A stretch of 62,451 nucleotides of DNA from Pseudomonadota bacterium (GTDB taxonomy: Bacteria > Pseudomonadota > Gammaproteobacteria > Eutrophobiales > Eutrophobiaceae), in contig JADFPU010000001.1 in NCBI GenBank assembly GCA_022562175.1, forward strand, positions 1-62,451, given 5' to 3'. The notes under the pieces were generated by a model that made no database searches, was not told where the DNA came from, and saw only the letters and a program-made list of their open reading frames with translations. A program made the position numbers and the translations under genes. Within the stretch, counting starts at the first letter, position 1, and each line of letters begins with the position of its first letter. This document shows, in pieces, positions 23,051 through 32,952 of this stretch.

Positions 23051-23650
23051 ATGTTTAGCGGCATTATCGAAGTTGTTGGAACAATCAGGCAGATTGAGAC
23101 TATTAATATAGACAAGCGCTTCACCATTGAAACAGGTAAGCTGGACCTGTCAGATTTAGCAGCAGGCGATAGTATTTGTGTGAATGGTGTCTGCCTGACT
23201 GCTGTGGAAATTTGTAAGGATGGCTTTGTTACAGACGTGTCGACCGAAACACTGTCCTGTACGACATTTGATGTTCTCGAAATTGCTGATCAAGTAAATC
23301 TGGAAAGGGCACTCAAACTTGGTGATCGCCTGAGTGGGCATATGGTCAGTGGACACGTCGATGGGGTTGGCAAGATAAAAAGTTTTCACGCAGATGCCCG
23401 CTCAACGCAATATCAAATTGATATGCCGGCGTCGCTGAACAGGTATCTGTGCAGGAAAGGCTCAATATGCGTTGATGGTGTGAGCCTGACGGTTAATGAG
23501 GTTGACGAAAGCAGCTTTACTGTCAATATTATTCCTCATACATTGGATGAAACGATATTTTCCAGTTACCGGCAAGAGACTCAAGTGAACCTTGAAATTG
23601 ATATGATCGCCAGATATGTGGAAGCCCTGATGCAGGCAGATCATCACTAG
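23051..23650 (+). CDS. ribE: riboflavin synthase
   Basis: MFSGIIE N-terminus and an internal duplication (GDSICVNGVCLT / GSICVDGVSLT). The ATG at 23051 is preferred over the TTG at 23045. Confidence 0.93.
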   Translation: MFSGIIEVVGTIRQIETINIDKRFTIETGKLDLSDLAAGDSICVNGVCLTAVEICKDGFVTDVSTETLSCTTFDVLEIADQVNLERALKLGDRLSGHMVSGHVDGVGKIKSFHADARSTQYQIDMPASLNRYLCRKGSICVDGVSLTVNEVDESSFTVNIIPHTLDETIFSSYRQETQVNLEIDMIARYVEALMQADHH

Positions 23651-23681
23651 TACTCCGTTACTTTTTAAATATTTTAATAAT

Positions 23682-24791
23682 ATGGCTTTAAGCTCAACTG
23701 AAGAACTCATAAAGGATATTAAAGCGGGTAAGATGGCGATCCTTATGGATGATGAGGATCGTGAGAATGAAGGCGATCTGGTTATTGCTGCAGAGTCAGT
23801 GCGTCCGCAAGATATCAATTTCATGGCGCGTTTCGGCAGGGGCTTGATTTGTTTGACCCTGACCAGAGAGCATTGCAGACGTCTTAATTTGCCGTTGATG
23901 GCGAGAAACTTTTATTCCAGTGTATCAACAAATTTCACTGTGTCGATTGAGGCTGCTGAAGGGATTACCACAGGGATATCTGCAGCTGATCGGGCGTTAA
24001 CAATTAAAAAGGCCGTCGCAGTGGATGCCAGTCCGTCCGATCTTATCCAGCCAGGCCATGTGTTTCCACTGATGGCACACCCTGGTGGCGTATTATCACG
24101 CGCCGGACATACGGAGGCAGGTTGTGACCTTGCCCAATTAGCCGGTTTTCTGCCGGCATCTGTAATTGTTGAGATACTCAAGGATGATGGTAGCATGGCC
24201 CGTCGCCCCGATCTTGAAGAGTTTGCTGATGAGCATGGACTGAAGATCGGTACTATTGCGGATTTGATCCGTTATCGGACCGAAAACGAAAAGACCATAG
24301 AGTGCGTTTCTGCATGTGAACTCTCCACTGAATACGGCACGTTTAAACTATTGGCCTATAAAGATAATATAACGGCAGGTTTGCATCTGGCGATGGTGAT
24401 GGGTGAGATCAAAGCTGATGATCCAACGCTGGTGAGAGTACATATAGAAAATCCGGTTTATGATCTGACAGCTGGAATACACAAACGTAGCCGCTGGCCA
24501 ATCAGGGAAGTACTGAGCCGAATTGCCAAAGAAAAGCGTGGAGTCATGGTTATACTATGTAATCAATTAGAGCCGGCAGCAATCATTGAGCAGATGCAAC
24601 AGGTTAATTCAAGTACCGGTAACAAGACGCAGGCTTCTGAACAAAGCAGTAAGGATCTGAGAACAATCGGTCTTGGCTCGCAGATACTTGCTGATATCGG
24701 TGTGCGCAAGATGATTGTCATGAGTTCTCCAAAGAGGATTCATGCTCTTTCCGGCTTTAATCTAGAAGTAGTCGATTATCTGAGCGGCTAA
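23682..24791 (+). CDS. ribB: 3,4-dihydroxy-2-butanone-4-phosphate synthase with a degenerate C-terminal GTP-cyclohydrolase-II-like domain
   Basis: The N-terminal DHBP synthase domain is intact (DDEDRENEGDL, GHTEA). The C-terminal half aligns to GCH II, but the zinc Cys triad region reads VRVHIENPVYDLTAG with no Cys. Confidence 0.88.
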   Translation: MALSSTEELIKDIKAGKMAILMDDEDRENEGDLVIAAESVRPQDINFMARFGRGLICLTLTREHCRRLNLPLMARNFYSSVSTNFTVSIEAAEGITTGISAADRALTIKKAVAVDASPSDLIQPGHVFPLMAHPGGVLSRAGHTEAGCDLAQLAGFLPASVIVEILKDDGSMARRPDLEEFADEHGLKIGTIADLIRYRTENEKTIECVSACELSTEYGTFKLLAYKDNITAGLHLAMVMGEIKADDPTLVRVHIENPVYDLTAGIHKRSRWPIREVLSRIAKEKRGVMVILCNQLEPAAIIEQMQQVNSSTGNKTQASEQSSKDLRTIGLGSQILADIGVRKMIVMSSPKRIHALSGFNLEVVDYLSG

Positions 24792-24837
24792 ACGTATATA
24801 AATATTGGAAAAAGGAAATGCCGAAAAAATAATAACC

Positions 24838-25311
24838 ATGTCAGAGATAACGACAATTGAGGGTCATGATACAGTGGCAGGCGCCAGAATAGCCATTGTT
24901 GCCAGCAGCTATAATAATTTTATAGTAGATAGATTGCTCAAGGCATGTATTGACTACTTGCGCAATGATGGCGTACAGAAAAATGACATTATACTTGTGC
25001 GTGTACCGGGTGCTTATGAAATCCCTGTAGCGGTCAAGCGTCTGGCGGATAAAAAGGATTATGATGCCATCATCGCATTGGGTGCGGTGATCAGGGGCGA
25101 AACACCTCATTTTGATTATATTGCGAGCGAATGTTGCAGAGGGCTGTCGACAATAGCCTTGCAGGCGGATGTGCCAGTTATCCTTGGTGTATTGACAGTC
25201 GATGATACACAACAAGCGCTGGATAGATCAGGCGATGAACAGAGCAATAAAGGCAGCGAGTCAGCGAAGGCCGCACTAGAAATGATTAGCGTCCTTAGAA
25301 AAATCGGATAA
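24838..25311 (+). CDS. ribH: 6,7-dimethyl-8-ribityllumazine synthase
   Basis: 157 aa counted from the ATG at 24838 (MSEITTIEG). VPGAYEIP and GVLT motifs are present. A TTG at 24805 is an alternative start. Confidence 0.9.
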   Translation: MSEITTIEGHDTVAGARIAIVASSYNNFIVDRLLKACIDYLRNDGVQKNDIILVRVPGAYEIPVAVKRLADKKDYDAIIALGAVIRGETPHFDYIASECCRGLSTIALQADVPVILGVLTVDDTQQALDRSGDEQSNKGSESAKAALEMISVLRKIG

Positions 25312-25328
25312 TTGTATTCAGCTGCGTT

Positions 25329-25769
25329 ATGTCTGTTTCCAAACATGCACGTATCCGGGCCAGACGTACTGCTATACAGGCATTTTATCAGTGGTTAATA
25401 GCCAAACAACCCATGTCTGATGTGATCAAGGAATTTGAATCCGACAGGAAGGAACTTAAAAAAGCGGACAAAGATTATTTTCGTGAAATCCTCGAAGGTA
25501 TGGCAAAACATACAGATGAGTTGGAGGAGGTGCTTTCGCCGTTTCTGGATCGTCCCCTGGCAGAAGTCGGACCTGTGGAAAATGCCATTATGCAGCTTGG
25601 TGTATATGAACTGATTTACCATCCGGAATTGCCCTGGCGTGTGGTGTTAAATGAGTCTATTGAACTTGCAAAGATGTTTGGAGCAGAGCAATCATATAAA
25701 TATATCAACGGTGTACTTGATAAAGTTGCGCAAAAGATCAGGGCGGCTGAAATATCCGGCACATCCTGA
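25329..25769 (+). CDS. nusB: transcription antitermination factor NusB
   Basis: 146 aa. The RRTAIQAFYQW motif and its position after ribH support the call. Confidence 0.93.
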   Translation: MSVSKHARIRARRTAIQAFYQWLIAKQPMSDVIKEFESDRKELKKADKDYFREILEGMAKHTDELEEVLSPFLDRPLAEVGPVENAIMQLGVYELIYHPELPWRVVLNESIELAKMFGAEQSYKYINGVLDKVAQKIRAAEISGTS

Positions 25770-25810
25770 AATATTTAACTCTGTGTTCTCTGTGGCTATT
25801 ATGTTGTTTT

Positions 25811-26776
25811 ATGTCTTTATCTGAATTCAAACTGATCAATAAGTATTTCAAGGATCTGACTGCAGTACAAAACGACGTGATATGCGGTATTGGCGACGAT
25901 GCAGCCATCATTAATATACCCGCGCATAAAGAATTAGTAGTATCCGTTGATACGCTTGTCAATGGCGTACATTTTCTGCCTGCAACAGATCCGTACGACA
26001 TTGGCTTTAAATCTCTTGCCGTGAATCTAAGTGATATGGCGGCGATGGCAGCTCAACCTCGTTGGGCAACCTTGTCGCTCACCATGCCGGACAATGATGC
26101 AGCCTGGCTGGAAAGTTTTTCCAAAGGCTTTAAAGACCTGGCACAGCAGTATTCAGTAGCATTGGTTGGTGGTGACCTGACACATGGGCCATTGACCATC
26201 ACTATACAAATCTTGGGACTGGTAGCAACGGGGGCTGCGATAAAAAGGAGCGGAGCCAGACCTGGCGATGCTATTTATGTCAGTGGTTGCCTGGGCGCAG
26301 CGGCGTTGGCCTTGAAGGTATTGAACAAGGAAATTCAGGGAGTCAGTACGTTATCAGCATCTTGTAACAGACATCTTCTCCAGCCTGTCCCGCGAATAGA
26401 CATCGGCAATAACTTGCAGGGTATTGCAACATCAGCGATAGATATATCCGATGGCTTGATTGCAGATCTCGGTCATATACTAAAAGCCAGTTCAGTTGGA
26501 GCAGTCATAGAGCTGGATACTGTCCCCCTATGCAAGGAGCTTAATAAAGTCACTGATCAGGATCTTGTCTGGCAGCTCAGTCTTTGCTCAGGTGACGATT
26601 ATGAATTGTGTTTTACTGTGCCAAGTAGCAGAAAAGATGAATTAGACAGCAAGCTGTCTGCTGTCGACTGTCCGATTAGCTGTATTGGTGTAATACAGGA
26701 AGGCAGTGTACTGCGTTGCTTGCTTGCTGATGGTTCAGAATACGATATCAAGGCGGCAGGCTACAGGCATTTTTAA
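25811..26776 (+). CDS. thiL: thiamine-monophosphate kinase
   Basis: 321 aa of the AIR-synthase-like fold (GIGDDAA, DTLVNGVHF, NLSDMAAMAA). It follows nusB. Confidence 0.92.
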   Translation: MSLSEFKLINKYFKDLTAVQNDVICGIGDDAAIINIPAHKELVVSVDTLVNGVHFLPATDPYDIGFKSLAVNLSDMAAMAAQPRWATLSLTMPDNDAAWLESFSKGFKDLAQQYSVALVGGDLTHGPLTITIQILGLVATGAAIKRSGARPGDAIYVSGCLGAAALALKVLNKEIQGVSTLSASCNRHLLQPVPRIDIGNNLQGIATSAIDISDGLIADLGHILKASSVGAVIELDTVPLCKELNKVTDQDLVWQLSLCSGDDYELCFTVPSSRKDELDSKLSAVDCPISCIGVIQEGSVLRCLLADGSEYDIKAAGYRHF

Positions 26777-26786
26777 ATATTTGATT

Positions 26787-26813
26787 AAACACAGAGGCAC
26801 AGAGGACACAGAG
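26787..26813. repeat. orphan left arm of the hairpin-MITE family (three 9-bp units ACACAGAGG-CACAGAGG-ACACAGAG)
   Basis: AAACACAGAGGCACAGAGGACACAGAG matches the hairpin arms at 27357, 34115 and 52702. The complementary arm is missing here and is replaced by an unrelated 8-bp hairpin at 26844-26864. The arm starts 11 nt after the thiL stop. Confidence 0.55.
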
Positions 26814-27259
26814 ATAATAAAAGTTAAAAAAATTAACGAAAATCTCTGGGGACTTGCCCCAGAGTTGGATAGCGATAATAGATATGACTGCATATTATAC
26901 TGAAACTTGGTCGCTTGCGACCGAGTTGTTCATAAGAACCCGGTATTCAGAAAGCGGAATAATATTATTAGACTCGTCAGCAATAGTGTGACTGAGAGTT
27001 TGCCTTAAGTAGAGCAATAATCATCCTGTTAATCCTGTCATTTTTTTCTTTCTGTTATTGAGCTACTGTTCCTGAAGTGTTGAGGTATAAGAAACATTTA
27101 GAGGATAAAACCAAGACAGGATAAACAGGCCGCTCCTGCACGTCCTGTGCTAGCGGCATTAGTGCTTCCATGCACGTCAGATGTTTCAGGATTAACACGA
27201 CTGCATATATGATTGTATGAGAGGACTGAAACCCGGAAGGGTCTTTCGGAGATGCTTCT

Positions 27260-27433
27260 CTCGCTAAGACGCAAAGCACGCAAAGTTATAAGATATTCAT
27301 AGATAGGATCTTAATGGAATACTCATTGTCTAGAGTTGTCAGATAATCTAAAATCTAAACACAGAGGCACGGAATACACGGAGTTAAGATGATATTTGTT
27401 CTTTATCTCTGTGTACTCTGTGCCTCTGTGTTT
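27260..27433. mobile_element. composite repeat: outer-MITE arm fragment plus an inverted, truncated hairpin-MITE (copy B)
   Basis: 27260-27302 (CTCGCTAAGACGCAAAGCACGCAAAGTTATAAGATATTCATAG) matches the left arm of copy D. 27298-27433 is the reverse complement of the module-plus-hairpin seen at 34115-34250. The hairpin arms are 27357-27383 and 27407-27433. The element ends 10 nt from the stop of the convergent DsrE-like gene. Confidence 0.7.
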
Positions 27434-27443
27434 AATCAAATAC

Positions 27444-27986
27444 TTAAAGATTTATATAGCCTTCATCAGTCAGGCGATTTATTTCTGCGGGTGCATAGGG
27501 TACCGACTCTATAAAGGCTGGCACATCGTTTCTGGAGATGCCCATACTTGACATGGTAGTCTCGCATATCTTCAGGTCTATAATATCGAAGGCATCCAGT
27601 TTCGCCGCCAGATCGACTAACGGCTTGTTCTTTTGGTAATTTTGCAGCGTAAACATATTGATGTCCGGGCCATGTAAAATCAGCACAATCTCAAGATCTT
27701 CAAAACCGTCGGGCCGGTTGTCGTTTATTTCATCGGCGCGTTGCAATAATGCCTGCAACTCTTCAAGGCTGTGTTCTGTCACATCGAATAAATATCGGGA
27801 GTAGTCGCTGTCTATCTTGATATTATCAGCGGGTGACTTGACCAGCTTTTCCGATGCAACAGGCGCAGCAGTTATCAACGTCCCCTTTGTATTATCAACA
27901 GGCTGGTCGCAAGCCTGCAGCAACAGGCCGCATATCAATGTAAATAAAGCCAGTGTGAAGCACGGCAATCGTTTTATAAATTTCAT
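27444..27986 (-). CDS. DsrE/DsrF-like (COG1416-type) lipoprotein, putative
   Basis: Start taken at MKFIKR, with lipobox LLLQAC. The C-terminal 110 aa resemble DsrE-family proteins (EIVLILHGPDI, ICETTM, ESVPYAPAEINRLTDEGYINL). Function is unknown. Confidence 0.55.
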   Translation of the reverse strand: MKFIKRLPCFTLALFTLICGLLLQACDQPVDNTKGTLITAAPVASEKLVKSPADNIKIDSDYSRYLFDVTEHSLEELQALLQRADEINDNRPDGFEDLEIVLILHGPDINMFTLQNYQKNKPLVDLAAKLDAFDIIDLKICETTMSSMGISRNDVPAFIESVPYAPAEINRLTDEGYINL

Positions 27987-28026
27987 ATCAGTATCTTTAG
28001 CATAAAGCGTCACTTAGTTATTTTTT

Positions 28027-29544
28027 CTAGGCAGTTTTTCTTTTGAGAATTATTTCTTTCCATTGGGCGGGGCCGGTCTGGTGGACGGAGATACCGTTTG
28101 TGTCGACCGCAACTGTGACTGGCATATCCTTGACTTCGAATTCGTGGATGGCTTCCATACCGAGTTCGGCAAAGGCAACGACCTGTGAATGGGTTATCGC
28201 CTTGGAGACCAGGTAGGCGGCGCCACCGACTGCCGTCAGGTAGACGGCTTTGTGTCGCTTGATGGATTCTAACGCTGCCGGGCCACGCTCGGCCTTGCCT
28301 ACCATGCCGATTAGTCCGGTCTTCTCCAGCATCATGTCAGTGAATTTATCCATGCGGGTTGCTGTGGTCGGACCGGCAGGGCCTACCACTTCATTAGCTA
28401 CCGCATCGACCGGGCCGACGTAGTAGATAAAGCGATTTGTGAAATCCACGCCTGCCGGTAATGACTCGCCTTTGCTGAGTAGATCTGCGATGCGCTTATG
28501 GGCAGCATCTCTGCCGGTTAATAATTTGCCGCTGAGCAATAATGTTTCGCCGGGCTTCCAGTCAGCGATTTCATCATGTGTAATGCTATCCAGATTGACG
28601 CGTCTTGCGCCTTTGCCGGCATTCCAGCTGATGGCAGGCCAGTCATCCAGCTCAGGTGGTGTCTGGTACACCGGGCCTGAGCCATCCAAAGTAATATGGG
28701 TGTGTCGGGTGGCCGCACAGTTCGGGATCATGGCCACGGGCAGATTAGCGGCATGGGTCGGATAGTCCTTTATCTTGACATCCAACACAGTGGTCAGACC
28801 ACCGAGGCCCTGAGCACCAATGCCGAGTTGGTTTACCTTGTCGAAGATCTCGAGCCGTAACTCTTCAATTTTATTACTCGGGCCTTTTGCCTTGAGTTCC
28901 TGAATATCGATAGTGTCGAGCAGGGATTCTTTGGCAAGTATCATAGCCTTCTCTGCGGTGCCGCCGATACCTATCCCGAGGATACCAGGGGGACACCAAC
29001 CGGCGCCCATGGTCGGCACGGTCTTTTCCACCCAATCGACGATGCTGTCAGACGGGTTGAGCATGACAAATCTGGATTTGGCCTCTGAGCCGCCGCCCTT
29101 TGCCGCCAGATGGATCTGCACTTTATCGCCCGGCACTATCTGCATGTGGATCACGGCCGGGGTGTTATCGCCAGTGTTTTGTCGGGTGCCGGCCGGATCA
29201 GCCAATATAGAGGCGCGCAGCATATTGTCTGGTAGTTGATAAGCTTGTCGTACGCCTTGGTTGATCATCTCATCGACACTCATTTCAGTGTCCCAGCTTA
29301 CCTGCATGCCTATTTTGAGGAATATGGTAACGATACCGGTGTCCTGGCAAATCGGGCGGTGGCCTTCGGCACACATCCTGGAATTGACCAGGATCTGGGC
29401 AAGTGCGTCTTTTGCGGCCTGTGATTCCTCCCGCTGATAGGCCTCATGTATAGCCTGAATGAAGTCCAGCGGGTGATAATAAGAGATGAATTGCAGTGCC
29501 CCGGCAACACTTTCAATAAGATCCTGTTGTTTAATGACAGTCAT
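28027..29544 (-). CDS. fumA: class I (Fe-S) fumarate hydratase
   Basis: 505 aa, single polypeptide. The N-terminal domain carries ICQDTGIV and the C-terminal beta domain carries GPTTATRMD. Confidence 0.92.
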   Translation of the reverse strand: MTVIKQQDLIESVAGALQFISYYHPLDFIQAIHEAYQREESQAAKDALAQILVNSRMCAEGHRPICQDTGIVTIFLKIGMQVSWDTEMSVDEMINQGVRQAYQLPDNMLRASILADPAGTRQNTGDNTPAVIHMQIVPGDKVQIHLAAKGGGSEAKSRFVMLNPSDSIVDWVEKTVPTMGAGWCPPGILGIGIGGTAEKAMILAKESLLDTIDIQELKAKGPSNKIEELRLEIFDKVNQLGIGAQGLGGLTTVLDVKIKDYPTHAANLPVAMIPNCAATRHTHITLDGSGPVYQTPPELDDWPAISWNAGKGARRVNLDSITHDEIADWKPGETLLLSGKLLTGRDAAHKRIADLLSKGESLPAGVDFTNRFIYYVGPVDAVANEVVGPAGPTTATRMDKFTDMMLEKTGLIGMVGKAERGPAALESIKRHKAVYLTAVGGAAYLVSKAITHSQVVAFAELGMEAIHEFEVKDMPVTVAVDTNGISVHQTGPAQWKEIILKRKTA

Positions 29545-29660
29545 ATCGATACTAAAGGAGTTGTTTTTATCACTAACATTATACTAAGGAATCGCTGATC
29601 AAGTCAGCGTTTCCTGTGCTGAAGTATGAATTCGTTCTGCGTATCCTTTTGCATCTTAAT

Positions 29661-29708
29661 GCGATAATAATAAAGAACGTTTATGCTGGATACGATATTA
29701 TTGGACAC
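29661..29708. repeat. possible degenerate solo arm of the outer MITE family
   Basis: GCGATAATAATAAAGAACGTTTATG...GGACAC followed by TAG resembles the right arm of copy D (GCGAGAAAAATTATAGCGTTTATGGACGGGCAC then TAG), with an insertion of about 18 bp. The match is by eye only. Confidence 0.35.
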
Positions 29709-29749
29709 TAGGGATCTGAATTTTGCCACAATCACCGGGGGGAGGCACT

Positions 29750-30124
29750 ATGAAGACAGTGTTGTTAACAGATGATAACGATGACATCGTTGAGTTGATG
29801 AAACTTATCCTTGCTAATTCCGGCTATCAGCTTGTCATAGCCAGTGATGGACATGAGGCTGTCAGGATATGTCTTGAAAAGACACCTGATCTGGTCTTGA
29901 TGGATCTGAATATGCCCAATATGAACGGTTTCGAGGCGACAAAGATCTTACGGGAGAAGGGCTTTAGCAACCCTATCGTAGTGTTGACGGCATCCGAATC
30001 TGAACGGGACAGAGCCAGGGCCGAGCAGGTCGGCTGTGATGGGTATATTTTAAAGACCATGGAAATGAAGGACGTTGAGTCAACGCTGGATCATTTCCTC
30101 CGCGAAGCAGGCGGCCTGAAATAA
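29750..30124 (+). CDS. single-domain response regulator (CheY-like receiver)
   Basis: The ATG at 29750 follows GGGAGG. Receiver residues are present: DD (LLTDDNDD), the phospho-acceptor D in LVLMDLNMP, T in VLTAS and K in ILKT. There is no output domain. Confidence 0.85.
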   Translation: MKTVLLTDDNDDIVELMKLILANSGYQLVIASDGHEAVRICLEKTPDLVLMDLNMPNMNGFEATKILREKGFSNPIVVLTASESERDRARAEQVGCDGYILKTMEMKDVESTLDHFLREAGGLK

Positions 30125-30258
30125 TTATTAATGCCATAAGTAAATAACAAAAAGAGCTGGTTCATCATGCATGGCCTCCAGCCAGGAAACAAGCAGGATG
30201 TGCAATGTTCACTGGCTGTTTGATGTGCTTGTTGGCCTGACAAAGTCTCAGCATTATT

Positions 30259-32877
30259 TTAACCTTCTGTCACAACGGCAATTCCATCCAGTTTTGTCTG
30301 CGCCTCTGCGGCCTTTTTCTGAAATGATTCAATTTCATTGAAGTTGAGATAACGGTAAACATCCGATGCCATGGTATCGATATCTTTGGCGAACTCCATA
30401 TATTCATCCATCGTTGGTATATGACCCAGAATGGATGACACCGCAGCGATCTCGGCTGAGGCCAGATAGACGTTCGCAGCATCGCCCAAGCGGTTGGGAA
30501 AGTTACGGGTAGAGGTTGAAACAACTGTCGAGCCTGACGCAACCCGCGCCTGATTACCCATGCATAAGGAACAACCCGGCATCTCGGTACGGGCGCCGAC
30601 CTTGCCGAAGATGCTGTAATAGCCTTCTTCGGTGAGTTGATGTTGATCCATTTTGGTGGGTGGAGCGATCCACAGCCGGGTGGGGATCGCTGATTGGGTT
30701 TTCTCCAGCATCTTACCGGCGGCACGGAAGTGGCCGATATTAGTCATACACGAACCAATGAACACTTCATCGATCCTGGTGCCGGCGACTTCGGACAAGA
30801 GTTTGACATCGTCGGGATCATTCGGACAGGCCAGGATAGGTTGCTTGATCTCGTTCAGATCAATTTCAAAGACCTTGGCGTATTCTGCATCCGCATCCGG
30901 TTCCAGCAGTACCGGCTTGGCCAGCCAGTCCTGCATCGCCTTGGCACGACGCTCAAGGGTGCGGGCATCGCCATAGCCTTCAGCGATCATCCAGCGTAAC
31001 AAGGTTACATTGGATTGCAGGTATTCAATAATGGGTTCCTTGTTTAGCCGGATGGTGCAACCACCCGCAGACCGTTCAGCGCTGGCATCAGACAATTCAA
31101 AGGCCTGTTCACATTTGAGATGGGGCAGTCCCTCTATCTCCAGGATACGACCGGAAAAGATATTCTTTTTACCCTTCTTTGCCACGGTCAGATCGCCACT
31201 CTGTATCGCAGCATAGGGAATCGCATTGACCAGATCACGCAAGGTAATGCCCGGTTGTATTTCGCCCTTGAAGCGCACCAGCACAGATTCCGGCATATCC
31301 AGTGGCATGATACCGGTGGCGGCCGCAAAGGCCACCAGGCCGGATCCGGCCGGGAATGAAATACCCATGGGAAAGCGTGTATGGGAATCAGCGCCGGTAC
31401 CGACGCTGTCCGGTAGTAGCATACGGTTCAACCAGGAGTGAATAATGCCGTCACCTGGTCGTAGTGAGACACCACCACGGGTGCGGATAAAGTCGGGCAG
31501 CGTGTGTTGCGTATCAATGTCCACCGGCTTCGGATAGGCGGCAGTATGACAGAAGGACTGCATCACCAGATCGGCGGAGAAACCAAGACAGGCCAGATCT
31601 TTCAGTTCGTCGCGTGTCATGGGGCCGGTAGTATCCTGGGAGCCGATGGTGGTCATCCTGGGTTCGCAATAGCTACCCGGACGGATCCCTGCCACGCCAC
31701 AGGCGCGCCCGACTATTTTTTGCGCCAGGGTGAAGCCTTTACCAGTATCTGCGACGGGGACAGGGCGGCGAAACAGCTTGGTGACCTCAAGTCCCAGGGC
31801 CTCGCGGGCACGTTCCGTCAGACCGCGGCCGATAATCAGCGGAATGCGACCTCCGGCCTGCACCTCGTCCAGCAGGATGTCGGTCTTTAAACTGAAATCA
31901 GACAGTATTTCATCGGTGCCGTGTTTTTTTACCTTACCTTCATACGGGTAGATGTCGATAACATCGCCCATATTCATAGCGGAGACATCACATTCAATCG
32001 GTAGCGCACCGGAATCTTCCATGGTATTGAAGAAGATCGGTGCGATATTGCCAGCGAGACAAAAGCCACCATCGCGTTTGTTGGGGATATGGGCAATATC
32101 ATTGCCCATGTGCCAGAGCACGGAATTGGTCGCTGATTTACGTGATGAACCGGTGCCGACCACATCGCCGACATAAACGAGGGGAAACCCCTTCTCTTTC
32201 AGGGACTGGAGCAGTTTGATGGGGCCGACTTCGCCGGGTTGATCCGGCTCGATCCCGTCACGGGCCATCTTCAACATGGCCTGGGCGTGTAAGGGGATGT
32301 CCGGGCGTGACCAGGCATCCGGCGCAGGGGACAGGTCATCGGTATTGGTTTCGCCAGTGACCTTGAAGACGGTAACGGTGACTTTTTCGGGTAATTTGTG
32401 CTTGCGGGTAAACCACTCGCCATCAGCCCAGGATTGCATGACTTGTTTGGCAGAATCATTACCGGCATCGGCCTTTGCCTTTACATCGTGGAAGGCATCG
32501 AACATTAACAGGGTATGGGACAGTGCCTTGGCTGCAGTGCTTGCCAGATCCGCGTCGTCCAGGCAGTCAATCAAGGTAGCGATGTTGTAACCCCCTAACA
32601 TGGTGCCCAGCAGTTCGACAGCGCTGACCCTGTCGATTAGTGGCGATTCAGAGTCTCCCTTGGCAATTGCTGTCAGCAGACCTGCTTTAACATAGGCTGC
32701 CTGATCGACTCCGGCGGGCACACGGTTTGTGATCAGATCCAGAATGAAATCTTCTTCACCGGCAGGTGGATTTTTTAATAATTCAACGAGGTCAGCGGTC
32801 TGTTCCGCATTCAGTGGCTTGGGTATGATACCCACAGCAGCCCGTTCTTCAACATGCTTGCGATATGCTTCGAGCAC
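30259..32877 (-). CDS. acnB: aconitate hydratase B
   Basis: 872 aa with the AcnB-specific N-terminal HEAT-like domain ([26 protein letters not shown]) and an Fe-S cluster Cys context ([15 protein letters not shown]). Confidence 0.96.
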   Translation of the reverse strand: MLEAYRKHVEERAAVGIIPKPLNAEQTADLVELLKNPPAGEEDFILDLITNRVPAGVDQAAYVKAGLLTAIAKGDSESPLIDRVSAVELLGTMLGGYNIATLIDCLDDADLASTAAKALSHTLLMFDAFHDVKAKADAGNDSAKQVMQSWADGEWFTRKHKLPEKVTVTVFKVTGETNTDDLSPAPDAWSRPDIPLHAQAMLKMARDGIEPDQPGEVGPIKLLQSLKEKGFPLVYVGDVVGTGSSRKSATNSVLWHMGNDIAHIPNKRDGGFCLAGNIAPIFFNTMEDSGALPIECDVSAMNMGDVIDIYPYEGKVKKHGTDEILSDFSLKTDILLDEVQAGGRIPLIIGRGLTERAREALGLEVTKLFRRPVPVADTGKGFTLAQKIVGRACGVAGIRPGSYCEPRMTTIGSQDTTGPMTRDELKDLACLGFSADLVMQSFCHTAAYPKPVDIDTQHTLPDFIRTRGGVSLRPGDGIIHSWLNRMLLPDSVGTGADSHTRFPMGISFPAGSGLVAFAAATGIMPLDMPESVLVRFKGEIQPGITLRDLVNAIPYAAIQSGDLTVAKKGKKNIFSGRILEIEGLPHLKCEQAFELSDASAERSAGGCTIRLNKEPIIEYLQSNVTLLRWMIAEGYGDARTLERRAKAMQDWLAKPVLLEPDADAEYAKVFEIDLNEIKQPILACPNDPDDVKLLSEVAGTRIDEVFIGSCMTNIGHFRAAGKMLEKTQSAIPTRLWIAPPTKMDQHQLTEEGYYSIFGKVGARTEMPGCSLCMGNQARVASGSTVVSTSTRNFPNRLGDAANVYLASAEIAAVSSILGHIPTMDEYMEFAKDIDTMASDVYRYLNFNEIESFQKKAAEAQTKLDGIAVVTEG

Positions 32878-32952
32878 AAGTGTTCTCCTGACGTTCAGTA
32901 TTTTCGAAAAAGCTGTTTAGTATCCTACAATTACTGCTTTTTGTCATGGATA

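Noticed and set aside
22863-23681. FMN riboswitch expected somewhere in the rib operon, upstream of ribE or ribB.
   Set aside because: The ribD-ribE spacer is fully accounted for by the MITE, and the ribE-ribB spacer is only 31 nt. I could not find the conserved FMN-element core in either.
26880-27240. Possible pgpA pseudogene remnant after thiL.
   Set aside because: None of the six frames gives a stretch resembling PgpA or any other family I recognise. I cannot exclude a highly degraded remnant without an alignment, so it is left as unexplained sequence in the findings.
26787-27433. Repeated CACAGAGG/CACGGAG units that could be mistaken for a CRISPR array or other tandem repeat.
   Set aside because: The units are 9 bp, directly abutting with no spacers, and occur as the two complementary arms of hairpins inside TIR-bounded elements. 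No cas genes are in the window. The MITE interpretation fits better.
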